Notes under the pieces: model-generated
The model's input: the letters and a program-made list of their open reading frames with translations, nothing else
Database searches by the model: none
What the model was told of the DNA's origin: nothing
From: Escherichia coli
GTDB lineage: Bacteria; Pseudomonadota; Gammaproteobacteria; Enterobacterales; Enterobacteriaceae
NCBI RefSeq assembly: GCF_041886205.1
Contig: NZ_CP169029.1
Strand: one strand, 5' to 3'
Length of the DNA stretch: 64,000 bases
Position numbers and translations under genes: made by a program
Shown here: positions 34,929 to 45,498 of the stretch, piece after piece
Layout of the letters: every line of letters starts with the position of its first letter
Position numbering within the stretch: the stretch's first letter is position 1

Positions 34929-35885
34929 GTGAGACTCGCCCCGCTCTACCGCAACGCCCTTCTATTAACAGGACTTTTGCTTTCAGGAATATCCGCAGTT
35001 CAGGCCGCCGACTGGCCGCGTCAGATTACTGACAGCCGTGGCACTCATACCCTGGAAAGCCAGCCGCAGCGTATTGTTTCCACCAGCGTCACCCTGACCG
35101 GCTCACTGCTGGCGATTGATGCTCCGGTGATCGCCAGCGGCGCGACCACGCCAAATAACCGCGTCGCGGATAACCAGGGCTTTTTACGCCAGTGGAGCAA
35201 GGTGGCGAAAGAACGCAAACTGCAACGGCTCTATATCGGCGAACCGAGCGCCGAAGCCGTTGCCGCGCAAATGCCGGATCTGATTTTAATTAGCGCAACC
35301 GGCGGGGATTCGGCGCTGGCACTGTATGATCAGCTTTCCACCATCGCCCCGACATTAATCATCAATTACGACGACAAAAGCTGGCAGGCGCTGTTAACGC
35401 AACTTGGCGAAATTACCGGGCATGAGAAACAAGCGGCAGAGCGGATTGCACAGTTTGATAAGCAACTGGCAGCGGCGAAAGAGCAAATCAAATTACCGCC
35501 GCAGCCGGTCACTGCCATTGTCTATACCGCCGCTGCACACAGTGCCAATCTCTGGACGCCGGAATCAGCACAAGGGCAGATGCTGGAACAACTCGGCTTT
35601 ACGCTGGCGAAGTTGCCCGCAGGGTTAAATGCCAGCCAAAGCCAGGGTAAACGCCATGACATCATTCAGCTTGGTGGGGAAAATCTGGCTGCGGGGTTAA
35701 ATGGCGAGTCACTATTCCTGTTCGCCGGTGATCAGAAAGATGCCGATGCTATTTATGCTAATCCGCTGCTCGCGCACCTGCCTGCAGTACAAAACAAGCA
35801 GGTTTATGCGCTGGGAACCGAGACGTTCCGACTGGATTACTACAGCGCCATGCAAGTGCTGGAACGACTTAAGGCGCTGTTTTAA
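34929..35885 (+). CDS. fepB: periplasmic ferric-enterobactin binding protein FepB
   Basis: 318-aa ORF (GTG start) [29 protein letters not shown]... with signal peptide. Confidence 0.93.
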   Translation: MRLAPLYRNALLLTGLLLSGISAVQAADWPRQITDSRGTHTLESQPQRIVSTSVTLTGSLLAIDAPVIASGATTPNNRVADNQGFLRQWSKVAKERKLQRLYIGEPSAEAVAAQMPDLILISATGGDSALALYDQLSTIAPTLIINYDDKSWQALLTQLGEITGHEKQAAERIAQFDKQLAAAKEQIKLPPQPVTAIVYTAAAHSANLWTPESAQGQMLEQLGFTLAKLPAGLNASQSQGKRHDIIQLGGENLAAGLNGESLFLFAGDQKDADAIYANPLLAHLPAVQNKQVYALGTETFRLDYYSAMQVLERLKALF

Positions 35886-35888
35886 GCA

Positions 35889-37139
35889 TTAACTGTCGGA
35901 CGCTGTCACCTGCGGCGGCGTCTGGCGAAAACGTCGCAACTCCACCAGCACCAGCAACAACAACACGCCGATAATCAACAAACCAAAACCGCTCGCGCTT
36001 GCAGAAGCAACCGGTGTCATCATCGCTCCCAGACCGCCTAACAGCGCCGCACCTATGGCATCGCCCGTCACGTTTTGCGCCGTCCACAAACCGTTAATCC
36101 GCCCTAACATCGCTTCCGGGGTTTGCGTTTGCAGCATTGTGTATTGCAGCAACGAGCTGACCGCACTCAACCAGCCGAACAGCGCCAGACAAACCACGCC
36201 TAAAATCCACATCGGCATCAGGCCAAACAGACCAATGGCGAGGAACGATCCCAGCGTGGAGAGCAGCATCAATAACCCTGGTCGCGCGCTATGTGCCAGC
36301 TTCCCGCTGGTTAACGCGCCAATAGCCGCACCGAGCGGGATCGCCGCATAGAGAAAACCAATCTGTGCCGCCGACATCTGCCAGTTGTCAGCCAGCGCCG
36401 GATACAGTACCCGCACCGCGCTCGCCATCGTCAATAAACCACCCAGCAACGCAATCCCTCCTACCAGCGGGCTGGCGAGCAGAAAACGAAATCCTGCCAG
36501 TAATGATTTCAACGGATGCTCGCGCGGCTGCGGTGGCGGTGGCAACGCCGGAAGGCTTAACAACGGTAGCAAGGTAATAAACGTGCCCGCCGCCGCCAGC
36601 CCGTAGTTCCAGGCTACGCCGCCGGTCGCCAGCAATAAACCGCCAATCATGGGCGAAATCACCGACCCCAGACGCACAGTCAACATGGTGATCGCCCCGG
36701 CCTGCATTAAGTTTTCACGCCCTACCAGTGCAGGTGTCGCCGCCAGTAGCGCCGTAACGCCAAGTGATGCGAAAAAACCATCCCATAAACCAAGTAAATA
36801 GATTGCCAGCAATGACGGTTCAGGCAGAAGTGCATTAAGGCACAGTCCAATGAAGCCAATGCCACAGGTGCCGCGCGCCAGCAAAATCACTTTTTTGCGT
36901 TCATAGCGATCCGCCAGCACACCGCCGACCATCAGGCCAACAAACATCGCGCCGCCGGTCAGCGTCACCGAAAGCCCCACCTGCCAGGTGGAATGTGTCA
37001 TCATCTGGATCTGCACTGGCACCGCGACGCCGAGCAAACCCAGAGAAACAATAGAGATGAAACGAGCGAGGAATACTGCGCGAAACGCCGGGTGCGTTTT
37101 CAACAGGCTGAGGTTAAGCAGCCAGGATTGTTTATTCAT
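35889..37139 (-). CDS. entS: enterobactin exporter EntS (MFS)
   Basis: 416-aa [33 protein letters not shown]... Confidence 0.94.
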
Positions 37140-37212
37140 TACAATGCCTTGCCATCAAATATTTTAAATACCTATTCTTAGGCTGCACATGCTAACATAT
37201 CCAAATAAGATC

Positions 37213-37237
37213 GATAACGATAATTAATTTCATTATC
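37213..37237. promoter_or_regulatory. Fur box in divergent entS/fepD promoter region
   Basis: GATAACGATAATTAATTTCATTATC, strong iron-box match. Confidence 0.7.
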
Positions 37238-37249
37238 ATGGAAGTTCGT

Positions 37250-38254
37250 ATGTCTGGTTCTGTTGCCGTGACACGCGCCATTGCCGTGCCCGGATTGCTG
37301 TTATTACTGATTATCGCGACGGCATTAAGTCTGCTCATTGGGGCAAAATCACTCCCCGCTTCCGTAGTGCTGGAGGCGCTCTCCGGCACCTGCCAGAGCG
37401 CCGACTGCACCATCGTGCTTGACGCGCGACTGCCGCGCACCCTTGCCGGTTTACTGGCAGGCGGCGCGCTTGGGCTTGCCGGAGCGTTAATGCAAACCCT
37501 CACCCGAAACCCACTTGCCGACCCCGGCTTGCTTGGCGTGAACGCCGGAGCCAGCTTTGCCATTGTGCTGGGTGCGGCGCTGTTTGGTTACTCTTCCGCA
37601 CAGGAACAACTGGCGATGGCCTTCGCCGGGGCGCTGGTGGCCTCGTTGATTGTTGCCTTTACCGGCAGCCAGGGCGGCGGGCAGTTAAGTCCGGTGCGTT
37701 TAACCCTGGCGGGCGTGGCGCTGGCGGCGGTGCTGGAAGGGCTGACCAGCGGCATCGCCCTGCTTAATCCTGACGTCTACGATCAACTGCGTTTCTGGCA
37801 AGCCGGTTCGCTGGATATTCGCAATCTACATACCTTAACAGTGGTGCTGATCCCGGTGCTGATCGCCGGAGCAACTGCGCTATTACTGAGTCGCGCGCTG
37901 AACAGTTTGAGCCTCGGCAGTGACACCGCGACGGCGCTGGGCAGTCGCGTGGCGCGCACACAGTTGATTGGTCTGCTGGCGATTACCGTGCTTTGTGGTA
38001 GTGCGACGGCGGTAGTTGGCCCGATTGCCTTTATTGGCCTGATGATGCCGCATATGGCTCGCTGGCTGGTGGGTGCCGATCATCGCTGGTCGCTGCCCGT
38101 CACGCTACTCGCCACCCCTGCCCTGCTGCTGTTTGCCGATATCATCGGGCGGGTGATTGTGCCCGGCGAGTTGCGCGTTTCTGTGGTCAGTGCGTTTATT
38201 GGTGCACCGGTGCTGATTTTCCTCGTGCGACGTAAAACGCGAGGTGGTGCATGA
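37250..38254 (+). CDS. fepD: ferric-enterobactin ABC transporter permease FepD
   Basis: 334-aa ORF MSGSVAVTRAIAVPGLLLLLIIATAL...; alternative in-frame ATG at 37238. Confidence 0.92.
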   Translation: MSGSVAVTRAIAVPGLLLLLIIATALSLLIGAKSLPASVVLEALSGTCQSADCTIVLDARLPRTLAGLLAGGALGLAGALMQTLTRNPLADPGLLGVNAGASFAIVLGAALFGYSSAQEQLAMAFAGALVASLIVAFTGSQGGGQLSPVRLTLAGVALAAVLEGLTSGIALLNPDVYDQLRFWQAGSLDIRNLHTLTVVLIPVLIAGATALLLSRALNSLSLGSDTATALGSRVARTQLIGLLAITVLCGSATAVVGPIAFIGLMMPHMARWLVGADHRWSLPVTLLATPALLLFADIIGRVIVPGELRVSVVSAFIGAPVLIFLVRRKTRGGA

Positions 38255-39243
38255 TTTACGTCTCTCGCCGATTACTCATCACCTGTTTGCTGCTGATTTC
38301 CGCCTGTGTGGTTGCAGGTATCTGGGGATTACGCAGCGGTGCCGTCACGCTGGAAACCTCGCAGGTATTCGCCGCGCTGATGGGCGATGCGCCGCGCAGT
38401 ATGACGATGGTGGTCACCGAATGGCGTTTACCACGCGTGCTGATGGCGCTGCTGATTGGCGCGGCGCTGGGCGTCAGCGGCGCGATTTTTCAGTCGCTGA
38501 TGCGTAACCCGCTCGGCAGCCCTGACGTAATGGGCTTTAACACCGGGGCGTGGAGCGGCGTGCTGGTGGCGATGGTGCTGTTTGGTCAGGATCTGACGGC
38601 TATCGCGCTGGCAGCAATGGCGGGCGGCATTGTCACCTCGCTGTTGGTCTGGCTGCTCGCCTGGCGTAACGGCATCGACACCTTTCGGTTGATTATTATC
38701 GGCATCGGCGTTCGCGCCATGCTGGTGGCCTTTAATACCTGGCTGTTGCTGAAAGCGTCTTTAGAAACGGCGCTAACAGCGGGTTTGTGGAATGCCGGAT
38801 CGCTCAACGGCCTGACGTGGGCAAAAACCTCGCCTTCCGCACCCATCATTATATTGATGCTCATTGCCGCCGCCTTGCTGGTACGCCGGATGCGCTTGCT
38901 GGAAATGGGCGATGATACCGCGTGTGCGCTGGGCGTCAGCGTCGAACGTTCGCGTCTGTTAATGATGCTGGTTGCAGTGGTGCTTACCGCTGCGGCAACA
39001 GCGCTTGCCGGGCCGATTTCCTTTATTGCTTTAGTCGCGCCGCACATTGCCCGACGCATTAGCGGCACCGCTCGCTGGGGGCTGACCCAGGCGGCGCTGT
39101 GCGGGGCGCTGTTACTGCTGGCGGCCGATCTCTGCGCCCAACAACTGTTTATGCCGTATCAACTTCCGGTTGGCGTCGTTACCGTCAGCCTCGGCGGTAT
39201 TTACCTTATCGTCTTGTTAATTCAGGAGTCTCGCAAAAAATGA
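38251..39243 (+). CDS. fepG: ferric-enterobactin ABC transporter permease FepG
   Basis: 330-aa ORF MIYVSRRLLITCLLLISACVVAGIWG...; 4-bp overlap with fepD. Confidence 0.94.
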   Translation: MIYVSRRLLITCLLLISACVVAGIWGLRSGAVTLETSQVFAALMGDAPRSMTMVVTEWRLPRVLMALLIGAALGVSGAIFQSLMRNPLGSPDVMGFNTGAWSGVLVAMVLFGQDLTAIALAAMAGGIVTSLLVWLLAWRNGIDTFRLIIIGIGVRAMLVAFNTWLLLKASLETALTAGLWNAGSLNGLTWAKTSPSAPIIILMLIAAALLVRRMRLLEMGDDTACALGVSVERSRLLMMLVAVVLTAAATALAGPISFIALVAPHIARRISGTARWGLTQAALCGALLLLAADLCAQQLFMPYQLPVGVVTVSLGGIYLIVLLIQESRKK

Positions 39244-40055
39244 CCGAATCAGTAGCCCGTTTGCGCGGCGAACAGTTAACCCTCGGATATGGCAAATATA
39301 CCGTTGCGGAGAATCTGACTGTAGAAATACCTGATGGTCACTTCACAGCAATTATCGGGCCAAATGGCTGCGGTAAATCCACTTTACTGCGTACTTTAAG
39401 CCGCCTGATGACGCCTGCTCACGGGCATGTCTGGCTGGATGGCGAGCACATTCAACATTACGCCAGTAAAGAGGTCGCTCGCCGGATTGGTCTGTTGGCG
39501 CAAAATGCTACCACGCCGGGCGATATCACCGTGCAGGAACTGGTGGCGCGTGGGCGTTATCCGCATCAACCGCTGTTTACCCGCTGGCGCAAAGAGGATG
39601 AAGAAGCGGTAACGAAAGCGATGCAGGCCACGGGAATAACTCATCTGGCAGATCAAAGCGTGGATACCCTTTCCGGTGGGCAACGCCAGCGAGCGTGGAT
39701 CGCGATGGTGCTGGCCCAGGAAACGGCAATTATGCTGCTCGACGAACCCACGACCTGGCTGGATATCAGTCATCAGATTGATCTACTGGAACTGTTAAGC
39801 GAACTGAACCGCGAGAAAGGCTATACCCTGGCGGCTGTGTTGCACGATCTTAATCAGGCCTGTCGTTACGCCAGCCATTTGATTGCGTTGCGGGAAGGGA
39901 AAATTGTTGCTCAGGGAGCGCCGAAGGAAATTGTCACTGCCGAACTGATCGAGCGCATTTATGGTCTGCGCTGCATGATTATTGACGATCCGGTTGCCGG
40001 AACGCCGCTCGTGGTGCCGCTCGGACGAACGGCACCTTCAACCGCAAAGATTTAA
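39240..40055 (+). CDS. fepC: ferric-enterobactin ABC transporter ATP-binding protein FepC
   Basis: 271-aa ORF MTESVARLRGEQLTLGYG... with Walker A GPNGCGKST; ORF track extension rejected. Confidence 0.94.
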   Translation: MTESVARLRGEQLTLGYGKYTVAENLTVEIPDGHFTAIIGPNGCGKSTLLRTLSRLMTPAHGHVWLDGEHIQHYASKEVARRIGLLAQNATTPGDITVQELVARGRYPHQPLFTRWRKEDEEAVTKAMQATGITHLADQSVDTLSGGQRQRAWIAMVLAQETAIMLLDEPTTWLDISHQIDLLELLSELNREKGYTLAAVLHDLNQACRYASHLIALREGKIVAQGAPKEIVTAELIERIYGLRCMIIDDPVAGTPLVVPLGRTAPSTAKI

Positions 40056-41185
40056 ACTAAGTGGTCTGCCATCATGGCATCCTGTTTTCTGGATGCCATC
40101 GCATGGCGCAACAGCACGCCACCACAAGCCACCATCCCGCCGATCAACGCGGAAAGGATTACAATAATCGCCTTACCCGGACCGTCTTTTTTCACTGGCA
40201 ATGACGGGCTTAACTGATATTTAAACGGCGTAAAGTTCACATCGTTGACATTTGCTTTTGTTAATTGCTCGACAAGATACTGCCGATTACGTAATTCACC
40301 ATTCAGTTCCGCAACGTCAGTGACCGCTTTTTCAATTTCCAGTTTGCGTTCAATACCGTCTGCGCCGAGAGAAATAGAGAATTCGGGGTCATCTTTAACG
40401 GCCTGACCATTGCTATAAACGGGCTTTTTAATTCCTGCCGCGTTGGCAATGTCGAGTGAATAATTGAGGCGCTGAATGTTTGCATCAAGTTGGTTTTTCG
40501 TTTTAATGCGATCCTGGGCCAGTTTTTCTTTTTCAAACTGGGTTTTGATTTCCAGTTTATTACGGACGTTTTCTAGCGACTCTTTCACCACCAACGCAGA
40601 GATATAATCGATATACCCGCTCAAAACGGTCTGCGCCTCTTCACTGGTTGGCGCGGTAAAACTTAGCGTCCAGGAGGTATACAGTGACGGTTCATCTTTT
40701 TTCTTACTGGCATTGTCATCAACCGCTTTCATTTTTTCGCTCAATGCGACAATTGCGCGATGCAAATCCAGTTCGTCGATTTTCGCCTCTTTTAATTGGT
40801 CCATCACATAAGGTGATGAACGCAGGTACTCTTCCAGCAAGCTAACAGACTGAAACTTCTTGATAAAAAGGTTAAATGCACCGCCACGGTCGATATTAAC
40901 ATCGAGATCAAGAACGCGGAGTTTGGTAAAGGTTTTCTCCAGGTCCTGCCACTGAATGGCTTCGGCGGGAGTAATGACGGCTGAGCTGGTCCATTTTTGC
41001 GGCAGGATGAAAGAGATCAGTAAACCTGCGCAGGCAAATGCAAAAACGACCGCCATGATCGTTTTTTTTGCCCGCCATAAAACGTCGATTAGATTAAGTA
41101 AATCAATTTCATTACTACTGGGCGACGCCAGAGGATACTCGGGAAAATGAGCGTCACTTCCCTGTTTAATATTCAGTGATGACAT
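40052..41185 (-). CDS. fepE: polysaccharide co-polymerase family protein FepE
   Basis: 377-aa ORF MSSLNIKQGSDAHFPEYPLASPSSNEIDLL...; start trimmed to ATG at 41185. Confidence 0.92.
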   Translation of the reverse strand: MSSLNIKQGSDAHFPEYPLASPSSNEIDLLNLIDVLWRAKKTIMAVVFAFACAGLLISFILPQKWTSSAVITPAEAIQWQDLEKTFTKLRVLDLDVNIDRGGAFNLFIKKFQSVSLLEEYLRSSPYVMDQLKEAKIDELDLHRAIVALSEKMKAVDDNASKKKDEPSLYTSWTLSFTAPTSEEAQTVLSGYIDYISALVVKESLENVRNKLEIKTQFEKEKLAQDRIKTKNQLDANIQRLNYSLDIANAAGIKKPVYSNGQAVKDDPEFSISLGADGIERKLEIEKAVTDVAELNGELRNRQYLVEQLTKANVNDVNFTPFKYQLSPSLPVKKDGPGKAIIVILSALIGGMVACGGVLLRHAMASRKQDAMMADHLV

Positions 41186-41350
41186 GGGTATAACCTGAAA
41201 ATGAGTCCAATAGGGGGAAATCTCCACGGCGCTCACTTTACCAGTTGGTGAGAATTATCCGAAGCTGAAGTTTGTAAATTCCTTCCACTGAATGCAACAT
41301 TCACTCTATTTAAGAGAAATGACCAACAAACATATAAATTAAATAAATGA

Positions 41351-41383
41351 TTAACCCATAATTATTTCCTGTAATTATGGGTT
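41351..41383 (-). terminator. AT-rich perfect hairpin just downstream of entF stop
   Basis: TAACCCATAATTA-tttcctg-TAATTATGGGTTA; 13-bp perfect stem. Confidence 0.45.
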
Positions 41384-41399
41384 AATAGATAATATTAAT

Positions 41400-44300
41400 T
41401 TACCTGTTTAGCGTTGCGCGAATAATCGGCCCAATTTTTTCAAACGCCCCTGGAGAGATAATATCCACATGCGCACAATCTGTACGATAAATATCCAGCC
41501 CGGCTATCCACGGCGACCAGGCGCGTTCGGGACTCATACCTTCCTGAAGCGTGCGTTCAGCAACAAACAGCGTCGCTTTACCGTCAAACGGTACGCTATG
41601 AGCAGTCGTCAGCAGGCGCACAGCATCAGCGTAGTTGCCTTCAATGGTGGTAAACAACTCCGTTGAAGTACTTCCCTGCTGTGCCGCCAGGAAGGCCTCG
41701 CGTTCGCGGTTAATCTCCGCCAGCACTTCCGGGTCCAGGCCATTAGCCTCTTTTTCCTGCCAGTTTTGCGTTTCTGGCGGCCAGGTATCCAGCAAGCCAA
41801 GAAATGCCACCTGTTCGCCACGGGCACGCAGTCGCGCCGCAATACCCTGCGCCAGCGTACCGCCCAGCGAATAACCCAGCAGGTAATAAGGGCCGTGCGG
41901 TTGATGCTCAAGTAACGTTGCCAGATGCGCTTCGCAGACTTCATCCAGATTTGCCGCCGTCTGCATGGGGCCATTGGGGCGCGGTGACTGAATGCCGATA
42001 ATCGACCATTGTGGATCGAGATAACGCGAGAGCACGCTGAACTGCCAGGCAAAACCGGACGCAGGATGGAAACAAAACAGCGTCGGGCCATTACCTTCAC
42101 GCAACGGCAGAATGGTTTCGAATCCCATGCGCCGGGAGCTGTCTTCTTCAGCATCAATAATCGTTGCCAGTTTGGCGACGGTTGATGCGACCATCACCTG
42201 CCCCGGCGTCACCTGACGAGCAAACTGTCGACTTAACTGCGCTGCCAGTTTCATTGCCAGTAGCGAATGACCACCAAGCGCGAAGAAATCAGCATCGGCA
42301 TCCTGCACGTCACAACCCAGTAACGACGAGAATGCCGCGGCGATAATCGTTTCACTGCCCGCTTTCGGCGCACGCCTTGGCGCTTGTGCCTTCAGTTCAG
42401 GCAACGGCAAGGCTTTGCGATCCAGCTTGCCGTTGGCGCTAAGAGGTAACTGTGGAAGTTGCAGCAGAACCACTGGCACCATATGTGGTGGCAATGTTTC
42501 ACGAAGCTGCGCCTGCAATGCGCTGGTATCCAACGGCAGGCCCGATTGCGACACCAGATAGCCCACCAATTGACGCGCATCACCACCGGTGGCAGCCGCC
42601 TGGTTAATCACACAGGCGTGGGTAACGGCTTGTTCGACATCCGGCAGCGCCTGCATCACGCGATCGATTTCGCCCAGTTCAATACGCTGCCCGCGAATTT
42701 TTAGCTGATCGTCACTGCGCCCGAGGTACTCCACCGCGCCGTTATCCAGCCAGCGGGCAACGTCTCCGGTACGGTACATCCGTTCACCAGGAGCAAAAGG
42801 ATCGGCAATAAAGCGGCTGGCGGTCAGATCGGGTCGTCCAAGATACCCCTGCGCCAGTTGAATACCGGTGAGATAGAGATCTCCCGCCACACCCGGCGGC
42901 ACCGGATGCATCATCGCATCAAGAATACGCAGGCCCGTGTTCCACACCGGATAACCAATCGGCACACTGCTGCCGCGCACCTGTGCCAGTTCCTCGCCAA
43001 AAGCCGGATACCAGCTGACATCTACCGCCGCTTCCGTCGGGCCATATAGATTATGCAACGGCGCGCCAGTTAACTGTTGCCATTCGCGGCATAAATCAGC
43101 CGGTAAGGCCTCACCACTACAGAAAACCTGTTTCAACGTCGCGCAACTCTGGCGAGCGGTTTGCGGCGTCAGCGAGGCAACAAATGCCGCCAGCATCGAC
43201 GGCACAAAGTGCGTGGTCGTTACGCCATATTCGGCAAAGAATTGCTGCATAGCGAGCGGGTCGCGGTGCGCTTCCGGTTCAGCCATCACCAGTTTTGCCC
43301 CTGCGATAAACGGCCAGAAAAACTCCCACACCGAGACATCAAAACTGCACGGCGTTTTTTGGGCAACGACATCTTCGCCTGTAAGCGGGTAGTGATTTTG
43401 CATCCATAACAGGCGGTTAACGATAGCCGTCTGCCCGACCATTACCCCTTTCGGCCTGCCGGTGGAGCCAGAGGTAAAGATGATATAAGCCGTGTGGTGC
43501 GGTTGTGAAAGTTGCAGCGGCGCACTGCCCTGGGGGGTAAGCGGGGCGTTATAGCAAAGGCTTGTTAAATTGGGAACATCGCTAAAGCGCGGCAGTTGAT
43601 CGTCGGTGGTAATTAACAGCGACGGACGCGCATCTTCCAGCATCATTTTCAGGCGATCGTCCGGATAGCCGGTATCCAGCGGTAGCCAGGCCGCGCCAGC
43701 TTCAACTATTGCATGGAGTGCCAGGGTCAAAAAGACCGAGCGCGGTAGTGCCACCGCCACGCTGTCCCCTGGTTTAACGCCGCGCTCACGCAGCAGATTC
43801 GCCAGCGCCACCACCTGCTCGCGCATTTCCCGATAGCTGAACAGGTAACGCGCATCTGCCAGCGCCGGAGCATCCGGTGTTTTTGCCGCTTGTTCTGCCA
43901 CCAGCGCGCTCAGCGTGGTTTCTGGAATCTCAACCTGAGTGGCGTTGATCTGCGCCAGCTGCGCATACTCACCTGGCAGCATAATATCGACATCGCCGCA
44001 CAACAGCGCCGGATCCGCGGCGAACTGGGCAATCAGCATTTTCAGGCGTTCAGCATGCTGGATTAACGTTGGCTCATCGTAACGCTGTTTATTGGCGAGG
44101 ATCTCAATACTCAAATCACCGTGTTCATCCGGGAACAGGGCCAGTTCAAGGTCATTAACCGGACCGGTTGCCAGGGTATGGGTTTGCGCCTGAACACCAG
44201 GAATATCCAGTTGGTAATCAAATACCTTAATATTGAGTACCGGACCAAACAGCGGTTCATCACCTGCCGCTCGCCCGCTGTCACGGACAATTTGTTCGGC

Positions 44301-45281
44301 ATCGTAACGTTGATGGCGACGCATTTTTTTCAGTTGAGCCGCCAGTCGGGTTGCCAGTTCCGGCAGCGTTTCTTGCGCCGCAATGTGAATACCCAACGGT
44401 AAAACGTTGAGCACGGGTCCGCTAGCCGTCAGCGCCGCCGAGCCCAGTCGACGCATAAAGATAAATCCGGCGGCATAGTCCATGCGATTGCACAATCGCC
44501 CCAGCCACAAGGCTGCCAGCGCAAGGGCTAAATCGGTACGCTGCACACCTGAAAGTTGCGTAGCCAGCTGGCGGAATTCCCCGTCGGTAAATTCCAGTTT
44601 CAGGCGCAGAATATCTGCCGAAGCGCTGCGCCCCGCTAAAGGTGCCGGAGAAAGTGACGCGGGCGGCGGCAGTTGACGACGCTGTTCTGCCCAGAATGCC
44701 GCATCACGCTGCCAGGCTTCGCTTTCGCGGTATTGCTGGTACTCTTCCACTACATCAGCGAAAGGCGTAAACGGCGAAGCAGGCGTTGGTTCGCCACGCA
44801 GCCATGTGCAGTAAATATTGGCGATCTGGCGAGTAATGGCCGGGAAACTGAAGCCATCGACCAGCAAATGGTGATAACGCTGATACCAGTACCAGCGGTT
44901 ATCCGCAACATGTATCAGCTGATGAAAGACCAGTGGTTTACCGCTATCGACGCGCAAATCTTGTTGCAAATCCGCCAGCATTAATGCCTGCGCAGTACCG
45001 TGCGGATCAATATTGGTTCGCAGGTCGATAATTTCTGGCAGTTCGAATATCAGCGCATCATCGACCCACTGCCAGACTTCGCCGTTATCTTCCGTAAAAC
45101 GCATCCGCAACGTATCTGCTTGCGCTAGTCCGGCAACCACCGCGCGGGCCAGTAATGGCGCATCAACCTCTCCGGTTAACTCAACGTAATGCGCTACGCT
45201 CCAGGCGGAGGGTAAATCCGACAGTTTTTCTGCCATCCAGATGCCGGGCTGTGCGGCGACCAAAGGTAAATGCTGGCTCAT
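41400..45281 (-). CDS. entF: enterobactin non-ribosomal peptide synthetase EntF (C-A-PCP-TE)
   Basis: 1293-aa ORF MSQHLPLVAAQPGIWMAEKLSDLPSAW... with NRPS core motifs. Confidence 0.96.
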   Translation of the reverse strand: MSQHLPLVAAQPGIWMAEKLSDLPSAWSVAHYVELTGEVDAPLLARAVVAGLAQADTLRMRFTEDNGEVWQWVDDALIFELPEIIDLRTNIDPHGTAQALMLADLQQDLRVDSGKPLVFHQLIHVADNRWYWYQRYHHLLVDGFSFPAITRQIANIYCTWLRGEPTPASPFTPFADVVEEYQQYRESEAWQRDAAFWAEQRRQLPPPASLSPAPLAGRSASADILRLKLEFTDGEFRQLATQLSGVQRTDLALALAALWLGRLCNRMDYAAGFIFMRRLGSAALTASGPVLNVLPLGIHIAAQETLPELATRLAAQLKKMRRHQRYDAEQIVRDSGRAAGDEPLFGPVLNIKVFDYQLDIPGVQAQTHTLATGPVNDLELALFPDEHGDLSIEILANKQRYDEPTLIQHAERLKMLIAQFAADPALLCGDVDIMLPGEYAQLAQINATQVEIPETTLSALVAEQAAKTPDAPALADARYLFSYREMREQVVALANLLRERGVKPGDSVAVALPRSVFLTLALHAIVEAGAAWLPLDTGYPDDRLKMMLEDARPSLLITTDDQLPRFSDVPNLTSLCYNAPLTPQGSAPLQLSQPHHTAYIIFTSGSTGRPKGVMVGQTAIVNRLLWMQNHYPLTGEDVVAQKTPCSFDVSVWEFFWPFIAGAKLVMAEPEAHRDPLAMQQFFAEYGVTTTHFVPSMLAAFVASLTPQTARQSCATLKQVFCSGEALPADLCREWQQLTGAPLHNLYGPTEAAVDVSWYPAFGEELAQVRGSSVPIGYPVWNTGLRILDAMMHPVPPGVAGDLYLTGIQLAQGYLGRPDLTASRFIADPFAPGERMYRTGDVARWLDNGAVEYLGRSDDQLKIRGQRIELGEIDRVMQALPDVEQAVTHACVINQAAATGGDARQLVGYLVSQSGLPLDTSALQAQLRETLPPHMVPVVLLQLPQLPLSANGKLDRKALPLPELKAQAPRRAPKAGSETIIAAAFSSLLGCDVQDADADFFALGGHSLLAMKLAAQLSRQFARQVTPGQVMVASTVAKLATIIDAEEDSSRRMGFETILPLREGNGPTLFCFHPASGFAWQFSVLSRYLDPQWSIIGIQSPRPNGPMQTAANLDEVCEAHLATLLEHQPHGPYYLLGYSLGGTLAQGIAARLRARGEQVAFLGLLDTWPPETQNWQEKEANGLDPEVLAEINREREAFLAAQQGSTSTELFTTIEGNYADAVRLLTTAHSVPFDGKATLFVAERTLQEGMSPERAWSPWIAGLDIYRTDCAHVDIISPGAFEKIGPIIRATLNR

Positions 45282-45496
45282 TGCGCCTCCTGCAACTGGG
45301 TGAAATTCGCCGGTGTCAGAGTACGCCAGTGGGCTTCAAGCCACTGCTGGCAGGACTCTTGTGACTGCGGCTGACACACAATGTCCCAGCCTGCCGGTAA
45401 GGCGCATTGTTGCGGCCACAGACTGAATTGCCCCTGCGCATTGCGCAAAATGTAAAACGCTCCCTGTGGATCATCGAAGGGATTACTGAATGCCAT
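45278..45496 (-). CDS. ybdZ: MbtH-like protein YbdZ
   Basis: 72-aa ORF MAFSNPFDDPQGAFYILRNAQGQFSLWP...; 4-bp overlap with entF start. Confidence 0.93.
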   Translation of the reverse strand: MAFSNPFDDPQGAFYILRNAQGQFSLWPQQCALPAGWDIVCQPQSQESCQQWLEAHWRTLTPANFTQLQEAQ

Positions 45497-45498
45497 AT